NCBI GenBank assembly: GCA_964016885.1
Contig: OZ024740.1
Location: forward strand, 286,068,001-286,132,000
Source of the DNA: Eledone cirrhosa
Taxonomy: Eukaryota
Direction of reading: 5' to 3'
DNA: 64,000 nt
In this document: positions 61,901-64,000 of the stretch, piece by piece
How the letters are laid out: each line of letters starts with the position of its first letter
Numbering within the stretch: position 1 is the stretch's first letter
Position numbers and translations under genes: made by a program
Notes under the pieces: generated by a model
The model's input: only the letters and a program-made list of their open reading frames with translations
Database searches by the model: none
Told to the model about the DNA's origin: nothing

Positions 61901-64000
61901 AAAGTCTCGATACTGCTTAATTTATTCATAAAATCTTTTTCTAATGCTTGGCTAATTAAAACTATCAATTAACCCTTCTGGCTGTCTCTTCAAGATGATC
62001 GCAATAATAGGAATACTTCTATATGCTGACCATATTGAAATCATTGATTGTATAGCTTAACTAATTTCATTATTTAGAAAATTGCATGTAGTTCTTCTTC
62101 ATTATTTTTACATCCAATTTTCCATGCTAGCATGGGTTGGACAAGACTTTTTTGATGCAGTATTTTACAGCTGGATGCACCTCCTGATGCCAACCCATAC
62201 TTTATATTTAAGTACCTTAATTGTTCCTCTTATTTTTGTCAAACCAGCTCAGCTGCAGGACATAAGCAAATGTTACTGCTTGTTTAAACAGTGTTAATAA
62301 GAAGACGTGTTTGGAGAGACACACACTCAATTATATATAACAGACTTCCATAAGGTTTCCACCTACCAAATTCACTCATAAGGCATTCGTCAGATGAAGA
62401 CTATAATAGATGAAACTTTCTCACGGTTCCATGCAGTGGAGTTGAACCTGAAACCACTTAGTTGCAAAGCCATCTTCTTAAACACACAGCCATGTCTGAC
62501 CTACAAATACATCCTAAAATTAATGGAACAGAACACTTACGCATTACATCGAGTCATAAACTAGCATTTATTAGAAAACACCAAAATGAAACATTTCTTC
62601 ACAACAAATCACAAACTTACAAGTTGCATAACTCTTAACATCCTGTTATGATTCAGTAGAAAATGTCTAAAAACAAGTTTGTTAATTCAAATATATATAT
62701 CTTAAGTAGTGGCTAGATCATTATAAAAATTTGCAGTATTACAGTAAAAACTTCCATTTTTTTATGTAATGTTGTCATAGTACTTCTTTTTGTACTTCTC
62801 AAGAATGTCTTGCTAATGCGGTTCCATGTGGTACAGGACATTGGGTTAATGAACTTATTCAGATGAAAGTTGTAAACTAGATGACCATACATAAACAAGG
62901 AAACCTGGCAACACATATTGCATAAAATGTCATGAAGTGGTTGGTGTCAGAAAGAGCATCCAACCAGAAAAAACATGCCAAAATGGAATGTATGAGCAAG
63001 ACAGTTGTTTGATCTGCCTGTTAAGCCTCTGAGCACGACAACTTATCTAACCCATGCAAGCAGGGAAATCAGATGTAAAATAGTGATGATGATGAATACT
63101 AGACAGTTTTGTTATCAATTAATGGTATTTTATTGTTATATAGAAGTCACAAAAATAAAATGAGAATATTGAACAAAATATATTAATAGCAAAATATGAA
63201 ACAAAACTCAACCCATAGGTAGCACATTCTAGCAACGAACTAATAGAAAACACCAGAGACAGCCTACTTCCTGACTGATGAGAGAAACCTGATGTCCAAA
63301 TTTTAGTGATAACCTGTAACACAGACACACAACAGTTTTCATGATTCCTGCCTACAATAAAACGTCTTGAAATATCAGCAGATTTCAGAAATTTATTGTT
63401 CCAATAAAAAGAATGGACTAATTAAGAAATATCAAAAGATGTAATAAAAGGTTAAAAGAGAACAATAATCACAGTTTAAATATCAACAGTATGATGAGTC
63501 CATGGTCAAGATTGTTTGTTCTCAAATGGCCCAACCTACATACCCATCTCACACACTTGTCATCTGTGTATAGGTACTGCAGCAACCGTATTGTATAATT
63601 TTGTTAATCTGCAGTGCTAAATTCAACTGTAGCTTGAAGAGGTATGACCTCCACTTAGCTAATTTTTGCTAGATTCTCTACATAAAGACAAATTCTTCAG
63701 TGGTGCCTCAATGATTGATGGTTTACAAGACTTAAGCATCATATAGCTCTGCTTCAATTCCAAATTGAGATTTAGGAGAGAATATTGTCACCAGGCTGAA
63801 ATTTGGTTTCTAAACAACCAAAATGAGTTTCTTTAACATAAGGGAAATAATACATTTTCTGGAATAGTAATCAGGTCTTGCATGTCTTGATTATATACTC
63901 AGTTTATATTTCTGCTGCAATTATGGTTAGTTGTGTTATCATTGAAAATAATTTCTGTTTTAGAAAAGAAAAATATCATCCAAATTTAATTTTATAATCA

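Noticed and set aside
63275-63297. CTGATGAGAGAAAC hammerhead-like string
   Set aside because: No room for stem II and no stem I complementarity.
58935-64000. Search for the terminal RAPGEF2 exon with a C-terminal PDZ-binding motif
   Set aside because: No convincing phase-1 exon found by eye; it probably lies beyond the window.

Overview
Eukaryotic, very AT-rich, microsatellite-dense genomic DNA. The repeat content (tRNA-derived SINEs with RTE-type (GAT)n tails, RTE LINE relics, TTAA MITEs) suggests an octopod/cephalopod genome; this is an inference. The window lies inside one large + strand gene, a PDZ-GEF Rap guanine-nucleotide exchange factor (RAPGEF2/RAPGEF6 orthologue). I assembled 23 GT-AG exons (4840..58934, 3403 nt, about 1134 codons, phases consistent throughout) encoding cNMP-like, REM, PDZ, RA and CDC25/RasGEF domains and a Ser/Pro-rich tail. 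I did not find the start or stop exons. Introns hold a 5'-truncated RTE LINE with a C4HC3 PHD finger after its RT core, a mariner relic, SINEs and MITEs. The most interesting signal is a set of type I hammerhead ribozyme motifs (56464-56514 minus, 51819-51867 plus, 10148-10196 plus, and half-ribozymes). They sit in small Penelope-like foldback elements inserted in (TA)n tracts; the inversion points fall inside the ribozyme and the elements share a tail motif. There are also candidate recursive splice sites and candidate cassette, micro and poison exons.
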